Positions 15,578 through 23,876 of a stretch of 32,000 nt of DNA are shown here, piece after piece. Both the position numbers and the translations under genes were made by a program. The stretch comes from Nanobdella aerobiophila (GTDB lineage Archaea > Nanobdellota > Nanobdellia > Nanobdellales > Nanobdellaceae), in NCBI RefSeq assembly GCF_023169545.1, contig NZ_AP019769.1:510001-542000 (forward strand). Direction: 5' to 3'. How positions within the stretch are numbered: the first letter of the stretch is position 1; every line of letters starts with the position of its first letter. Below the pieces are notes generated by a model, which was not told where the DNA came from, made no database searches, and was given only the letters and a program-made list of their open reading frames with translations.

Positions 15578-16327
15578 ATGATATTAGAAAAGATAACAAG
15601 TAAATTATTAAAAGATATTACAGTTAGAAATTATAATAAAAATTCAAACTATATAGGGCAGGATGTTATAGTTAAATACTTACTTAATATAAAAAAACTA
15701 TATAAAGATAGTGGAGAATTAATATACAAAAACTATTTAAATGTATATTATAACAAAGAAGCAAGTGAATTATTAGATATAGACAAAGATTATATCATAA
15801 ACAAACTGAATAATGAAAAGATAATATTAATAGATAATTCCCTATATAATTTATTATCAAATAAAGGAAAAGAAAGCCTAAAAAGACAAATAATATTCTC
15901 TTTAAAAAATATAAGAGAATATTTATTTGATACAAATCTTATTCTACTAGGTAATATAAATTATAGTTTTCTTGGTAAAAATAAAGTAAATATATATAAT
16001 AATAGAGAAGACTTTAATTTCTATAAATATAAAGGAGTTATATTAGATCCTTATGGAGATGAAGTATTAAAAGATGACGATATTAAGAAATATGATTTAT
16101 TTATATTTGGTGGTATAGTTGATATTGATCTAAAATGGCAATATGCAACACATTATTTATTTAAAGATATAGATTTTCCACATAAAAGAATTGAAATAAA
16201 TAATTCTATAAAGAATGTACCTGATAGAATAAATATATTGATAAAGATTATATTAGATTCTTACTACTTAAATATACCATTAGAAAAAGCAGTAGTAAAT
16301 AATATGCCAAAAAAATTTAGATACTAG
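15578..16327 (+). CDS. Putative SPOUT-class RNA methyltransferase (Trm10-like)
   Basis: 249 aa. The C-terminal 'GVILDPYGDEVLKDDDIKKYDLFIFGGIVDIDLKWQYATHYLF...VPDRINILIKIILDSY' parallels the Trm10 pattern '..L..d....L......yvIGGlVD.......... vn.V.eIil'. This is a by-eye match only. Confidence 0.4.
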   Translation: MILEKITSKLLKDITVRNYNKNSNYIGQDVIVKYLLNIKKLYKDSGELIYKNYLNVYYNKEASELLDIDKDYIINKLNNEKIILIDNSLYNLLSNKGKESLKRQIIFSLKNIREYLFDTNLILLGNINYSFLGKNKVNIYNNREDFNFYKYKGVILDPYGDEVLKDDDIKKYDLFIFGGIVDIDLKWQYATHYLFKDIDFPHKRIEINNSIKNVPDRINILIKIILDSYYLNIPLEKAVVNNMPKKFRY

Positions 16328-17115
16328 AAATAATTAAACCACCCTTCTAACTCTTTATATATTGATCGAGGATTCTTACTTAGATAATCTCTAATATTTT
16401 TCCTTCCTTTTTCAATATATTTAGGATTTAATATTTCTCTAATATTATTTATATCTTTCTCTGAAAATCCTGAATATACTATATCTCTTGTTTTTTCATA
16501 TTTTTCATATTCTTCTAAATCATATATATCTTTATCTTTATATCTAATAAATTTACTTAAAAAAGAAAATAATAAACAATTTTCTATATATTTCATAACT
16601 TCTATCGAACTTTTATTTACTATTATATTTCCCCCTGTGGATATCACAAAGTATACTTGATTTTCTAGCTCAATATAATAATATAAACCATATTGATTTG
16701 GTATCTTTATATTTTTATCTCTTATATAATAACCAAAAACATTATTTGGCAATATTTTATATCCTGAAATGTTTTTTATTATTTTATCTAATTGAATTAA
16801 TGTATCTTCAGGTTTTTCACATACTAAATCAATAATATTACTTACATCTTTATCTTTTAAATCCAAATATTTTGCTATTGCTAAATTACCAATAAGATTA
16901 CACCCTTCCCACTTGATTTCATTTAAATTAGCATAGCCATCTAATTTTTGATAAGGAATCCTAAACCTGTCTAACTCTAAAAATTGATATTTACCTTTTT
17001 TTAATATTTTAGCTAATGATTCAAAATTTTTTTCATAACTTTTTAATTGATCGATATTTATTTGATTTGCTTTATATATTAGATCATCAAGCTCCTCATT
17101 AAATATAACAGTCAT
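16324..17115 (-). CDS. Hypothetical protein
   Basis: 263-aa ORF, long for DNA this AT-rich. I recognise no motif. It converges on and overlaps the preceding gene by 4 nt. Confidence 0.5.
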   Translation of the reverse strand: MTVIFNEELDDLIYKANQINIDQLKSYEKNFESLAKILKKGKYQFLELDRFRIPYQKLDGYANLNEIKWEGCNLIGNLAIAKYLDLKDKDVSNIIDLVCEKPEDTLIQLDKIIKNISGYKILPNNVFGYYIRDKNIKIPNQYGLYYYIELENQVYFVISTGGNIIVNKSSIEVMKYIENCLLFSFLSKFIRYKDKDIYDLEEYEKYEKTRDIVYSGFSEKDINNIREILNPKYIEKGRKNIRDYLSKNPRSIYKELEGWFNYF

Positions 17116-17146
17116 AATAATCTATAATATTAAAAGATAAAAATAT

Positions 17147-17219
17147 TAGCCCCGCGGGGATTCGAACCCCGGTCGCAGGGACCAGAGCCCTGTATCCTAG
17201 GCCACTAGAAGACGGGGCT
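17147..17219 (-). tRNA. tRNA-Gln (anticodon CTG)
   Basis: Minus strand: AGCCCCG-TC-TTCT-AGTGGCCTA-GGAT-A-CAGGG-CTCTGGT-CCCTG-CGAC-CGGGG-TTCGAAT-CCCCG-CGGGGCT-A. The A1-U72 first pair is typical of archaeal tRNA-Gln. Confidence 0.88.
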
Positions 17220-17349
17220 ATGATATATAATATAAAAAATATTCTTTTATGAATAAAATATTTAAAACCGCAAATTTATATAAGGGTTCTTATTTTATCT
17301 TTAATAGAAAAGTAAAGAGTTGGTATAAATTTGAAGCTATATAAAGATT

Positions 17350-17357
17350 TTTAAAAT
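17350..17357 (+). promoter_or_regulatory. TATA-like box for the AdoMetDC-like gene
   Basis: TTTAAAAT ends 23 nt upstream of the ATG at 17381. Confidence 0.3.
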
Positions 17358-17380
17358 TGAAAGCTTATTAATGATATAGA

Positions 17381-17791
17381 ATGAACAATGAATATAAAAA
17401 GATATCAATAAAAGATGTCCAAAGATTATTAATGACAATTAAATTAGAAAAAAACAATAAATACCTAGATAAGATAGAGAATTTTTCAGAGGAATTATCT
17501 TCGATAATTAATAGCAAACTGTTATATAAAAAGATTTATTATTTCCCGGGTGATTTTGAAGGTAATAAAGATATAACATATACTGCTATATTAAGTACCT
17601 CACATATAATAATAAGTTCATATACAGAAGAGGATGGTATATATCTGGATATAGATGCAGGATGGTGTAGTAGAGAAAGACTAAGGATCACTAAGTTAAA
17701 AGAGATATTATCTAGAAATTTTAAAAGTTTCCAAATAATAAATATAAAATACCTTGATTATGATTATAATGAAGAAGGCTTTCTCGACTGA
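17381..17791 (+). CDS. S-adenosylmethionine decarboxylase-like protein (SpeH/AdoMet_dc family, divergent)
   Basis: 136 aa. 'ITYTAILSTSHIIISSYTEEDGIYLDIDAGWCS' parallels the SpeH core 'vvLLaESHisiHTwPE.g.a.vDvytCg'. The processing-site context is 'TSH' rather than 'ESH'. Confidence 0.4.
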   Translation: MNNEYKKISIKDVQRLLMTIKLEKNNKYLDKIENFSEELSSIINSKLLYKKIYYFPGDFEGNKDITYTAILSTSHIIISSYTEEDGIYLDIDAGWCSRERLRITKLKEILSRNFKSFQIINIKYLDYDYNEEGFLD

Positions 17792-17818
17792 TTCTATGAT
17801 GATTGCCGAGTAAACAGA
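17769..17818 (+). ncRNA. Candidate C/D-box sRNA (2'-O-methylation guide)
   Basis: ATGAAGA (C) - 12 nt AGGCTTTCTCGA - CTGA (D') - TTCT - ATGATGA (C') - 12 nt TTGCCGAGTAAA - CAGA (D). Both guides are exactly 12 nt. The only deviations, C-box position 5 (U to A) and D-box position 2 (U to A), are the two positions that face each other in the C/D k-turn. The candidate overlaps the last 23 nt of the AdoMetDC-like ORF. Confidence 0.35.
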
Positions 17819-17820
17819 CA

Positions 17821-17828
17821 TTTATAAA
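17821..17828 (+). promoter_or_regulatory. TATA-like box for taw1
   Basis: TTTATAAA ends 21 nt upstream of the ATG at 17850. Confidence 0.4.
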
Positions 17829-17849
17829 ATATAAATTAATTATATTATT

Positions 17850-18878
17850 ATGAATGATCAAAATGTAAAATGGACAATTCATAACGAAAATACTGAAAAA
17901 CAATTAGAAAAATCCGGATATGGTGTTTATAATCATTCTGCCGTAGAGATATGCCATTGGACAAAAGAAGCAATAGTAAATGGAAGAGGGTGCTATAAAA
18001 GAAAATTTTATAATATAGATACAGCCGGGTGCATGGAGATGACTCAGTCGGTAATGTGGTGTACAAATAGATGTACATTTTGTTGGAGACCAAATAAAAA
18101 ATTTGAGCCCTATCATGATATTTTACCTGAAAATAGTGTAGATTCTCCTGAAGAAACTATAGAAAATCTAAGAAAATTAAGAAAGAATCTATTGATCGGA
18201 TTTTATGGAAATCCAAAAGCTAACAAAAAGCTACTAGATAAATTTATTGATAAGCCTACTCATGTAACCTTCTCGCTATCTGGTGAACCTTTATTATACC
18301 CAAAGGTTGCAGAAAGTATATTATATATTAAAAAGAATTGGCCATGGATAAAGTCTATATTTATTGTAACATCTGGAGAGGTACCCGAAGCATTAGAAAA
18401 ATTAATATCCATGAATGCATACCCTACACAATTATATATATCATTTACAGGATCAAATCCAGATATGTATAGAAAGATATCTGTACCAATATATAAAGAT
18501 TATTGGGATAGATATCTAAGATCTTTAGAAATTGCTTCGAATATGAAAACTAGAAGAGTAGCAAGGTATACAATATTAAAAGGTATTAATGACGATAAAA
18601 AATACTATCCAGAATGGGCAAAATTATTAGAGTTATATAATCCACATTTTATAGAATTAAAGGGATATTCATTACTAGGATATTCTAGAGAAAGATTAAA
18701 GATGGAAAATGTTCCAAAACTAAATGAACTAATAGATTTTGCTGAAGGATTAGTAGAATATTTACCTGGATATGAGATATATGATAAAGATAAAGATTCT
18801 AGGATCGTATTAATAAAGAATAGAAGAAAAGGAATGGATATAGATCCTATTATAAAATCGGTAGAACCAAATATATAG
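17850..18878 (+). CDS. taw1: tRNA 4-demethylwyosine synthase (Taw1/TYW1, radical SAM)
   Basis: 342 aa. The N-terminal Cys cluster 'CHWTKEAIVNGRGCYKRKFYNIDTAGCMEM' and the radical-SAM motif 'CTNRCTFCWRP' (CxxxCxxC) appear in the order typical of Taw1. Confidence 0.8.
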   Translation: MNDQNVKWTIHNENTEKQLEKSGYGVYNHSAVEICHWTKEAIVNGRGCYKRKFYNIDTAGCMEMTQSVMWCTNRCTFCWRPNKKFEPYHDILPENSVDSPEETIENLRKLRKNLLIGFYGNPKANKKLLDKFIDKPTHVTFSLSGEPLLYPKVAESILYIKKNWPWIKSIFIVTSGEVPEALEKLISMNAYPTQLYISFTGSNPDMYRKISVPIYKDYWDRYLRSLEIASNMKTRRVARYTILKGINDDKKYYPEWAKLLELYNPHFIELKGYSLLGYSRERLKMENVPKLNELIDFAEGLVEYLPGYEIYDKDKDSRIVLIKNRRKGMDIDPIIKSVEPNI

Positions 18879-19004
18879 CTATTTTAATCTTATTGGATGA
18901 GTTAATCTTCCAAACTTTTTAACAGTTGCCCAGTAAGGACCATATTCCTTTTCCCTTCTTTCTTTTATTTTTTTAATTTTAGCATAATATCTCTTAAAGA
19001 CCAT
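18879..19004 (-). CDS. Small basic protein, possibly ribosomal protein eL39-like (tentative)
   Basis: Not in the ORF track. My translation is MVFKRYYAKIKKIKERREKEYGPYWATVKKFGRLTHPIRLK* (41 aa). 'GPYWATVKK...LTHPIR' loosely parallels the eL39 pattern 'vP.wv.vKT.....hPkrR', but the C-terminal 'yWRRtKl' is missing. Confidence 0.3.
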   Translation of the reverse strand: MVFKRYYAKIKKIKERREKEYGPYWATVKKFGRLTHPIRLK

Positions 19005-19037
19005 AAAAAATAGATTCCTAAAAAAACTTAAAAATAA

Positions 19038-19829
19038 TTATAGTAAAAAGAAGAAACCTAAAGATATAAATACCAATATTATACTATGATAAATTCCTGA
19101 CTGTATTTTTCCTTTTGATATTTTTCCTATTACCAATCCGGTAAATATAGCATTTATTAATAGTAATATAAATGATATAAATCTATATGTACTTATCACC
19201 TGCTGATATCCGGACTTTGTTAAGAATAAAGATGAAGATTCTAAGTTTAATACCAAAAAATATATAATAGCTAAAGATAGCAATACTCCAAAAAATAAAC
19301 CATAATAAGTATAAGTGGTAATTTTTAATTGAGATAATCTATCTTTTCTTATAGTAGATAGATTTCTTATACTATCGGATAATGTATCTAATAGATTACT
19401 TAAATCTCCTCCATTTTTCATAACTTCATTTATGTTCAATAAAACTTCAGATATCTCTTTATTCTTAATTTTATTACTAACATCATTTAAAGCTTCATAG
19501 AATGTATTTCCATATTTCATTTGAGATACTATATATTTTATTATATTATCTAATTTCTTTCCATAAGAATTATTTAGTAAATTATATAAAGCAATAGGAA
19601 GTGGCTGACCAATCTTTAAATAATAAGAAAGGTCCCTTAAAAATAAAGGAAAATTATTTTCCATTTCTTCATCTTCCAAATATATAAATAAGTACTTAAC
19701 AAAGTATATTAAATATAATAAAGTTATAATACCTATTTTAAAAAATATGTTTATTTTAAATGGTAAAAAAATCAATAATATAGAAAAAATAGATACAGAT
19801 ACTATATATATTAATTCCTTTTTATTCAT
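19038..19829 (-). CDS. Type II secretion system F-domain membrane protein (FlaJ/TadC/PilC-like platform, single-domain)
   Basis: 263 aa. 'FPLFLRDLSYYLKIGQPLPIALYNL...GNTFYEALNDVS...VMKNGGDLSNLLDTLSDSIRNL' is flanked by TM helices, which is the T2SSF-domain layout. An ATGA start/stop overlap links it to ppsA. Confidence 0.65.
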   Translation of the reverse strand: MNKKELIYIVSVSIFSILLIFLPFKINIFFKIGIITLLYLIYFVKYLFIYLEDEEMENNFPLFLRDLSYYLKIGQPLPIALYNLLNNSYGKKLDNIIKYIVSQMKYGNTFYEALNDVSNKIKNKEISEVLLNINEVMKNGGDLSNLLDTLSDSIRNLSTIRKDRLSQLKITTYTYYGLFFGVLLSLAIIYFLVLNLESSSLFLTKSGYQQVISTYRFISFILLLINAIFTGLVIGKISKGKIQSGIYHSIILVFISLGFFFLL

Positions 19830-22105
19830 TTATTATATTTGTACATCGAATCTAATAAAATTTTCTTTTCTGTTCTTAGGACTACCTCTCTTACTAATTC
19901 TATTGCATCTACATTTACAGATATAGAATCTATGCCAAATCTAACTAATTTTTCTGCGTAATCGGGCCTTGAACCTGCTTGTCCGCATAAAGATGTATAT
20001 ACATTATATTTTTTACATATACTTATTACCCTAGATACTAATTCTAATACTGCTGGATGTCCTTCATCCATCAATTTTTGCACTAATTCATTATTTCTAT
20101 CTACTCCCAAAGTTAATTGAGTCAAATCATTTGTTCCAAATGATATGAAATCAATACCTGCGTTCTTTATTATATCTTCTATAGTTAATGCGCCTGCAGG
20201 TGTTTCTACCATAATTCCGACCTTTACATCCTTGCCCGGAATTAATCCCTCTTCTTTGATAATTTGCTTTGCTCTATATACCTCTTCCCAAGATATTACA
20301 AATGGTAACATAATCCATAAGTTATTAAATCCTTTTTCTTTTATTAATTTTTTAAATGCTCTTATTTCTGCTCTAAATATAGCATCCTGATCTAAATCTC
20401 TTCTTATGCCGTGCCAACCTATCATTGGATTTGCTTCTATAGGCTCTTTCTCTCCGCCTTCCAAATTCTTATATTCATCAGTTCTCATATCTAAAGTTCT
20501 GACAATAACAGTTTTTGGATATATAATTCTTAATATTTCTTCTAATCTTTCTTCGATCATATTTGTAAATTCATCAAGTCTATTATTATCTAAATACCAT
20601 CTTGGATGCTTCCTATTTCTTAAAACAAGAAATTCCATTCTTAATAAACCAATACCATCTACAATATCCTTTACCTTACTTATAGTTTCTGGATAATCTG
20701 CTATAGCCATTATTTTTGTAGCAGAGATCTCTATAGGAGTAGATTTTACTACATTCTTTGCTATTTCTTTTTTTGTAAGATCTAAATTTATTTTTCCTTC
20801 ATATACAACACCATGTGTACCATCTACAGTAACTATATCACCATCCTTTAATAATTCAGTAGCCTTTTGAGTACCCACCACCGCAGGTTTTCCTAATTCT
20901 CTTGAAACTATTGCTGCATGAGAAAGATGTCCACCCTCATCAGTTATTATACCAGATGCCTTTGCCATTAATGGCTCATAATCTGGATTGGTCATCTTAG
21001 TTACTAAAATGTCACCTACCTCAAATTTATTAAATTCGTCCATAGATCTTATTATCTTTACTTTACCAGTACCAATTCCAGGGGATGCTGCAATTCCCTT
21101 TAATAATATTTTCTGATCTATATTTATATTATCTTTTACTTTATTATTTATTGTCGTTATAGCTCTTGTCTGAACAATATATATATTATCATCTATTGCA
21201 AATTCAATATCCTGTGGCCTTCCATAATGCTGCTCTAATGCTTTTCCATACTCTGCTAATCTTCTTATTTCATCATCCGATAAACATCTTGTATTTTGCA
21301 AATCCTGAGAAACATTTATATTTTTAGTTAAAGAATCCGGATCATATACTGTCATAATTTTCTTCTGATTTATTTTTACATTTAATATTTGTAATGTATT
21401 CTTATCTACAATATATTCATCTGGTATGACTTCTCCAGATACTATCGCTTCACCCAACCCCCATGAAGCTTCTATTATAATTTTTGATATATCATTATTT
21501 ACTGGTTCTGCAGTAAACATAACACCAGATTTCTTGGAAAATATTTGTTTCTGTATTACAACTGCTAATGCGACTTTATCATTGCTAAAATTCATTATTG
21601 ATCTATAATTAATAGCTCTTGCAGTCCATAATGAAGCCCAACATTTTTTAACACTATCTAACAGTGCATTTTCTCCTTTTACATTTAGATATGTAGCCTG
21701 TTCACCGGCAAAAGATGCATTTGGCATATCTTCAGCTGTAGCGGAAGATCTTACTGCTACATAAGTATTATCTTCATTAAATATTTTGGATAATTCTTTA
21801 TAATTGTTTAATATTTCATTCTTTAGATCTTCTGAAATATTTCCATGAATAAAAAGGTCCTGTATATCATTAGATGCTTTTCTTAATTGAGCAGGATTAT
21901 TTATATCTATTTTTGATAGTATTTCCTTTATTTTATTGTATATATTGTTATCATTTACAAATTTCCAATATGCATCTACTGTCAATACAAAGCCTGGCGG
22001 GACTGGCATATTTAATTTTGACATCTCTCCTAAATTAGCTCCTTTTCCACCTACTATATTTACATCATCTTTTGAAATATCTTTAAACCACTTTACGTAT
22101 ACCAT
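19826..22105 (-). CDS. ppsA: Phosphoenolpyruvate synthase (pyruvate, water dikinase)
   Basis: 759 aa. N-terminus 'VKWFKDISKDDVNIVGGKGANLGEM', phosphohistidine domain 'TDEGGHLSHAAIVSRELGKPAVVG', and C-terminal PEP-utilising 'FISFGTNDLTQLTLGVDR'. Confidence 0.92.
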   Translation of the reverse strand: MVYVKWFKDISKDDVNIVGGKGANLGEMSKLNMPVPPGFVLTVDAYWKFVNDNNIYNKIKEILSKIDINNPAQLRKASNDIQDLFIHGNISEDLKNEILNNYKELSKIFNEDNTYVAVRSSATAEDMPNASFAGEQATYLNVKGENALLDSVKKCWASLWTARAINYRSIMNFSNDKVALAVVIQKQIFSKKSGVMFTAEPVNNDISKIIIEASWGLGEAIVSGEVIPDEYIVDKNTLQILNVKINQKKIMTVYDPDSLTKNINVSQDLQNTRCLSDDEIRRLAEYGKALEQHYGRPQDIEFAIDDNIYIVQTRAITTINNKVKDNINIDQKILLKGIAASPGIGTGKVKIIRSMDEFNKFEVGDILVTKMTNPDYEPLMAKASGIITDEGGHLSHAAIVSRELGKPAVVGTQKATELLKDGDIVTVDGTHGVVYEGKINLDLTKKEIAKNVVKSTPIEISATKIMAIADYPETISKVKDIVDGIGLLRMEFLVLRNRKHPRWYLDNNRLDEFTNMIEERLEEILRIIYPKTVIVRTLDMRTDEYKNLEGGEKEPIEANPMIGWHGIRRDLDQDAIFRAEIRAFKKLIKEKGFNNLWIMLPFVISWEEVYRAKQIIKEEGLIPGKDVKVGIMVETPAGALTIEDIIKNAGIDFISFGTNDLTQLTLGVDRNNELVQKLMDEGHPAVLELVSRVISICKKYNVYTSLCGQAGSRPDYAEKLVRFGIDSISVNVDAIELVREVVLRTEKKILLDSMYKYNK

Positions 22106-22126
22106 ATAAAAATAAAGAATCTTAGC

Positions 22127-22136
22127 TTTTATAAAA
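22127..22136 (-). promoter_or_regulatory. TATA-like box for ppsA
   Basis: The palindromic TTTTATAAAA ends 21 nt upstream of the ATG at 22105. No purine-rich SD lies between them. Confidence 0.45.
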
Positions 22137-22163
22137 GAAACTACTCTCCTGATAGTAATAACT

Positions 22164-23816
22164 TTAATTTGTTAATTCTAATATCTCTTTCTTTTTTTGA
22201 TTATTTTCTTCTTCATCGTTATATTCTTTAATAAATCCTTCTATTATATCTTTATATTTATCTGCCAAATTTTCTGGATCTACTTCTTTCTTTAAATAAT
22301 TAATAGTTTCCTTATCTATATATTTATCGTATTTTCCATCTTTTATATCCTTAATTATATCTTTTATTTTATTATATAATTCTTGTTTATCTTTAAATCC
22401 CAATTCTTCTTTTAAATATCCAAATTCTCTAAATTCTTCAAGAGCTTCTACATTTCTATATATTACTGGTAAATATCCAAGTACTAAAGCTTCTAACGTA
22501 GATAATCCATAAGATTCCATATATGTAGGATTTATATACATCGCCTTCTTTGAATTGCCTAATGCTTTTAATAAACCTATATAATATAATACATAATTAT
22601 GAACAGAGCTACCGAAATCTTTTCCATAAATATGAATTTCTGCATTATGATGATTCTTTTTTATTTCTCTTAAAATTTCATGATCTTTAGAATCTTTTTT
22701 TAATCCATCAGATATTATAATTAATCCTATATCCATTTTATCTCTTAATAATCTTTCATACGCCTCTACAAGATCCTTAAAACCTCTTTCATAACTTGTT
22801 CTTCCTACATATAATAACCATATCTTATTACTATTTCCATATATATTGCTATAATAATCTTTAAAAGATTTTATTTCATCTTTATATATCTTTTCCAAAG
22901 ATACCATATATAAAGGTTCATGAAGTATAGTAAATTTATTTATTTTTATTTTATCTTGATATTCTGAATCCTTAAAGAATGTATTTATATGATAAATAAG
23001 ATCTTTTACTTCAGAATACATGCTCCAAGATGGAAATATTGATAAACCATCCTTGGCTCTTAAAAGAGAGTTTATATAATACATCATTCCTAATCTTATC
23101 CAATCATATTTTTTTCTAAATCGTAAAATCCTCTTATCATCTGTATTAGAGATATATAGTTCATCCAATAAGTCAAATAAATCTTTTATTAGCTCTTTAT
23201 CCGTTCTTCCTTTTTTCAATCTTTTTTCAAATAGATTATATATCCTTTCTACATGTTTTGCTGGTAAATTCATTCTATTATTTTCTATTTCATTCTTAAA
23301 GGCCAATAAAATATCTGCAACATAATCGCTATGGAAAACATAAGCAAAATTTTGCTTATATAATTCATTTATCTTTGCTGAGAATTCTTCATTAAAGAGA
23401 TTAAGACTCATGTTCGCATATAATTTTGGATATTCATTTATTATAGTATCCAGATTTACTCTTTTGGAATTTTTATCCTTAATATATTCAGAATTATAAA
23501 AATAATAAACAATATCTATCAATTTTCTTTCTTTATACTTGTTATACAAATCCTGAAAATTTAATTTATATAATTCTTTTATCTCATTATCATCCTTTAT
23601 TCTTAGTCCTAATGAATATAAATTTATACTAATTTTATCTTTTAATTTTTCATAAACATTTAATAAAGATAATAAAAGTCCAATACTATATGTTTTTGTT
23701 CCGCCGGTCCATCTATTATCCAAAATAACATCGATAGGAATTCTACTATCTTCAATATCTTTATCAGTAACAATTTCATCATTTTTTAATTTTCTTAATT
23801 GTTTAGTTACTACCAT
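22164..23816 (-). CDS. GT-B glycosyltransferase (group 1/GT4-like C-terminal domain) with a long atypical N-terminal region
   Basis: 550 aa. The C-terminal 'LLYVGRTSYERGFKDLVEAY...IGLIIISDG...YINPTYMESYGLSTLEALVLGYLPVI' carries the E-x7-E motif of glycosyl transferases group 1. The N-terminal 'GGTKTYSIGLL' is followed by about 300 aa I cannot assign. Confidence 0.6.
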   Translation of the reverse strand: MVVTKQLRKLKNDEIVTDKDIEDSRIPIDVILDNRWTGGTKTYSIGLLLSLLNVYEKLKDKISINLYSLGLRIKDDNEIKELYKLNFQDLYNKYKERKLIDIVYYFYNSEYIKDKNSKRVNLDTIINEYPKLYANMSLNLFNEEFSAKINELYKQNFAYVFHSDYVADILLAFKNEIENNRMNLPAKHVERIYNLFEKRLKKGRTDKELIKDLFDLLDELYISNTDDKRILRFRKKYDWIRLGMMYYINSLLRAKDGLSIFPSWSMYSEVKDLIYHINTFFKDSEYQDKIKINKFTILHEPLYMVSLEKIYKDEIKSFKDYYSNIYGNSNKIWLLYVGRTSYERGFKDLVEAYERLLRDKMDIGLIIISDGLKKDSKDHEILREIKKNHHNAEIHIYGKDFGSSVHNYVLYYIGLLKALGNSKKAMYINPTYMESYGLSTLEALVLGYLPVIYRNVEALEEFREFGYLKEELGFKDKQELYNKIKDIIKDIKDGKYDKYIDKETINYLKKEVDPENLADKYKDIIEGFIKEYNDEEENNQKKKEILELTN

Positions 23817-23840
23817 ATTATAATTATACCAATAGAAACA

Positions 23841-23848
23841 TTTATAAA
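23841..23848 (-). promoter_or_regulatory. TATA-like box for the glycosyltransferase gene
   Basis: The minus strand reads TTTATAAA and ends 24 nt upstream of the ATG at 23816. Confidence 0.4.
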
Positions 23849-23876
23849 TAATCTTTTAGTGCTTCTTTTAAAAAAA

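Noticed and set aside
17721-18116. Three short minus-strand ORFs (17721-17903, 17848-18093, 17904-18116) opposite the taw1 5' region.
   Set aside because: They are antisense to the clearly identifiable Taw1 radical-SAM N-terminus, short, and carry no motifs.
20145-21608. Three plus-strand ORFs (20145-20390, 20406-20696, 21426-21608) inside ppsA. Also 30192-30611 inside the TrmB-family gene and 31694-31939 inside lig.
   Set aside because: They are shadow ORFs antisense to highly conserved genes.
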